Part shown: piece by piece, positions 61,901 to 64,000 of the stretch
Position numbering within the stretch: position 1 is the first letter of the stretch
How the letters are laid out: each line of letters opens with the position of its first letter
Assembly (NCBI RefSeq): GCF_964355755.1
Contig: NC_092670.1
Coordinates: 2,284,201 to 2,348,200, forward strand
Length of the DNA stretch: 64,000 bases
From: Antedon mediterranea
Lineage: Eukaryota; Animalia; Echinodermata
Direction: 5' to 3'
Made by a program: the position numbers and the translations under genes
Notes under the pieces: generated by a model
What the model was told of the DNA's origin: nothing
The model's input: the letters and a program-made list of their open reading frames with translations, nothing else
Databases searched by the model: none

Positions 61901-63972
61901 CTTCAATTTTTGAAGGAATCTTTGTCTGGTCATTACTTTCTTCTTTTTCAATCTCTATCTTTGAGGGAATCTTTGGCTGAAGGTTTTCTTGCTCTATATT
62001 TAAAAATGTTAAAAAATTGTACTAAATTCATTAAAATAAATTCATTAATTGACAAATAAAATATCCAATATTATGTTTCTGTATGTAATATATTATTTGA
62101 AGGTTTGCATGGCAAAATCAAATGTTGTTATAAAGTTTGCAGTACACCATGTATATTTAGTTCTGAAAGAACTGTTGGGTTTCTGTACATTTCGATCAGT
62201 ATACTTTGAGTGACATTCACTTCTGAGGACGATAAAAGTATATTGATCGAAACATTGAGAAACCCAACAGTTCTTTTCAGAACTATATATATGTGGTGTA
62301 CTGCAAACTTTCTGTATGTAATTTTTATAGGCCTTTTATTAAGATAATTTATTATAGGATTCTAATTATTTTATCAATGGTAATTAAAATTAATTAAGAA
62401 AAGTACATTGTCAGACAATTTAATTTTTAGAAATGAAAGTGGAAAAGGATCTACAGAATATCAACGTTTCCGATGATTTCAGGTCCTGAATTTGCTTCCC
62501 TAATGATTCTACGCGGCTTTTCCTTTCTTGATTGACAAGAAGAGTTGTGATAGTGACTTTTCAATTGCCATATATCTTGAAAGAAAACCTTATCAATTAG
62601 TAAGAGGAGAATTTGGCACATGCCTCTTAAGATTTTCCTATTTCATTGAGTTTGTTTTGAGCGCAAAGCAACATTTTTGATTACCCTCATCCATTTTGCT
62701 TTCTTTTGTTTTAGTTGATTGTGCTGGATTTTCCTTTGACTGTTCTTCTATTTTGTTTTCTTCCACATATTTCGTGGGAGCATTTTCATTGCCAAAAGCC
62801 TTTTTTACTGATGCTGTTGCACCTTCTTCTTGTATCATACTATTCTTGTTATCAGAAGCATTTTCTGTTGATGCTGCTGTTGTATTTTGTTTTTCTTTCA
62901 CTTGTTTCACCACTTCTCTGGCAACTGCTTCCTCATACATTTCAGAAGCTTCAGCATAAAAGAAGTGTAATTTGCTTTTGTATATTATTGTCATGCTTGT
63001 ATATATACACAGTATTATTTTAAGAATGTTACTATCTTTTTTAAATAGGATAAGAATGGAAAAGTCTGGGACAAGGTCTTTGCACTCAAACGCAGGATTG
63101 GCTAGCATGAATAGCTAAAGCAAAAACAAAAACAACCAATCCTGTGCCTCTCTCTCTTTGGTGCTAATTTGGTTACCAATTTTGTATTTTGCATTCTTTT
63201 TTATTCTCATGTTACTTACAAGTTTCTGGTGATTGTTCTTTCAAAATTGTTTCATTATCACCTTGAGTGTACACTGTTCTTGTTTCTGCTATACCATCAG
63301 TTACTTCATGGTTTGGATTAAAACTACAGAAAAAATTAATAAACTAAATAATGGCCATACAGTATTTTTTGTTTTATTGTTTTATTATCATTGTCTGCCT
63401 ATATTTTAACGATTAAATGTAGTGCCCCAATGCAACCAATTGGTTGCAATGGCATTTATGTCATTAGTAAATTCCCTTAAATCCGTAATAATAAAAATGG
63501 CTAAACTGAGAGGAAATTATGTTTTTAAATATGCATTTAAAAATGCATATTGAATCTAAAATTTACACAGATATATACCCCGGGATTGAAGATAGAGTTT
63601 CAACTCAAAACAATCTCATTATACTTTTCATCTCATTTTCTGTAGATTGTTTTAAACAACATTCAAATCAAATAAAAAATAACATTTATTTCCAAAATAG
63701 TGGCATCACCAATAAAGCAAATGCTTGTGTCAGGGCTGCCAATACAAAACAGACAAAAACAAACAAAATATATAAATCACATTTAAATAAATAAATGTCA
63801 AGGTTTTCTTACCGTTTCCTTAGTAAAGAGTTAATAGTAGAAGTTTTTCCTACTCCCTCTAGACCTACAAAAATAACTCTGCCCTGTTTAACTTCAGTTT
63901 TTCCTTCTTTCAGAGCTTCATTAAATGCATTAACTGCTTCTGGTCCTCGAGCCCATATCTCCACAGGTAAGT
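49623..63972 (-). CDS. Roco gene B: ROC-COR-death domain-ZU5-UPA-like; 5' end lies beyond the right edge, 3' end uncertain
   Basis: Phase-consistent exon chain: 63972-63813, 63323-63220, 62948-62685, 61993-61683, 60229-60140, 59811-59635, 59450-59205, 58765-58577, 58183-58025, 57929-57654, 57256-57173, 55055-54836, 54489-54466, 54325-54299, 54183-53902, 53576-53508/53513, 53112-52577, 52065-51934, 49943-?. Confidence 0.85.
50850..51740. mobile_element. DNA-transposon end fragment with a ~300-bp tandem duplication (TGACCTT-rich, resembles the ends at 37.4 and 42.6 kb)
   Basis: Repeated TACGACCAGTA...GGGTCAAAGGTCAGAAATGGCATTTC blocks at about 50990 and 51295. Confidence 0.5.
51934..52065 (-). 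CDS. Roco B probable UPA-like exon
   Basis: CTTTCAG acceptor, CAG|GTATGA donor, 44 open codons in phase 0. Confidence 0.6.
52577..53112 (-). CDS. Roco B ZU5 domain and start of a UPA-like domain
   Basis: VDSKGETL...LVINPGAI...LSPVVRCGPPGTVF...LSFPH...KHFSKYGL...LRVR. Confidence 0.88.
53902..54183 (-). CDS. Roco B death domain exon
   Basis: IRKVSEEIHNWKLFGVHLGLS...EMMNFWR...FCIALIQHGSNNLAD fits the death-domain pattern; phase 1-1. Confidence 0.82.
54836..58765 (-). CDS. Roco B COR exons (58765-58577, 58183-58025, 57929-57654, 57256-57173, 55055-54836)
   Basis: LLEYLHDIGEILYY...VID; GIL...LW...LMEKFGL; FYVLSRL...YLPDDLFQR: COR-A/COR-B patterns. Confidence 0.85.
55207..56866. mobile_element. 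Non-autonomous TIR element with 21-bp internal repeats, IS3EU-like
   Basis: TIR of more than 50 bp TACGAAAGCCCATTAATGCC... with TAC...GTA termini; 6-bp TSD CAATCA at 55201-55206 and 56867-56872; intronic. Confidence 0.85.
56900..57100 (-). mobile_element. Degenerate SINE fragment with a Nin-domain-like core
   Basis: Minus strand GGATAAGGAC...AACCC...GAAGAGTAGGGG...CCC.GGTG resembles the conserved core of invertebrate SINEs (from memory). Confidence 0.4.
59205..60229 (-). CDS. Roco B ROC C-terminal exons (60229-60140, 59811-59635, 59450-59205)
   Basis: IFMVSFAVICVVFNL; TNLEFILSWIRSI...PPVLLIGTHLN; FTIENS...LPIKWL. Exon lengths 90, 177 and 246 bp, all phase 0. Confidence 0.88.
60292..61215. 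mobile_element. Intronic non-autonomous element with asymmetric inverted repeats (Crypton-like)
   Basis: 5' hairpin AAATATAAGATTTGACA.CCCCGAGGGAATG...CATTCCCTCGGGG.TGTCAAATCTTATATTT, plus ATTACATAGCC (about 60460) and GGCTATGTAAT (about 61203); no TSD. Confidence 0.45.
61683..61993 (-). CDS. Roco B acidic repeat plus G3 exon
   Basis: (KIPSKIEELI.IEFQKEG.DDQT)-type repeats, then FVMNISDFGGQPIYHVMQR. Confidence 0.88.
62132..62311. repeat. ~180-bp imperfect palindrome, possibly Penelope-derived
   Basis: AAAGTTTGCAGTACACCA...TGGTGTACTGCAAACTTT arms with CTGAGGA...CGAAAC inside. Confidence 0.6.
62685..62948 (-). CDS. Roco B low-complexity ROC insertion exon
   Basis: SEMYEEAVAREVVKQVKEKQNTTAAS...KMDE; phase 1-1. 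Confidence 0.78.
63220..63323 (-). CDS. Roco B switch I exon
   Basis: FNPNHEVTDGIAETRTVYTQ... carries the T-x-G-I G2 motif; canonical splice sites. Confidence 0.82.
63813..63972 (-). CDS. Roco B P-loop exon
   Basis: DLPVEIWARGPEAVNAFNEALKEGKTEVKQGRVIFVGLEGVGKTSTINSLLRKR. Confidence 0.9.
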
Positions 63973-64000
63973 CTATATACAAATTAATTAGTATAAAAAT

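Noticed and set aside
62450-62575. Possible extra exon DIWQLKSHYHNS..., conserved at about 1140-1269
   Set aside because: It has an in-phase acceptor but no convincing shared donor, gene B reaches a stop, and the flanking exons join in frame without it.

Overview
AT-rich, intron-containing animal DNA; the repeat repertoire suggests a marine invertebrate, possibly an echinoderm (inference only). Two tandem paralogous Roco (ROC-COR GTPase) genes lie on the minus strand. Gene A starts at 15715 with a tandem death-effector-domain (DED)-like exon, continues into the ROC P-loop and runs off the left edge. Gene B enters from the right edge at the ROC P-loop and continues as ROC-COR-death domain-ZU5(HF|S)-UPA-like to about 49.6 kb. 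Gene A carries a 4 x 1315-bp tandem amplification of its DED exon plus two symmetric micro-exons, an intact Gypsy element and a LINE in introns. The roughly 29 kb between the genes is mostly transposons: a five-layer nest of TIR elements around a 7.8-kb satellite-armed foldback, a decayed DIRS element split by a Helitron, a palindromic transposase derivative and several MITEs. A recurrent TA to TA-GGCC(C)-TA micro-insertion is visible in paired repeat copies. All gene models were read by eye from splice signals and phase, with no transcript or database evidence.
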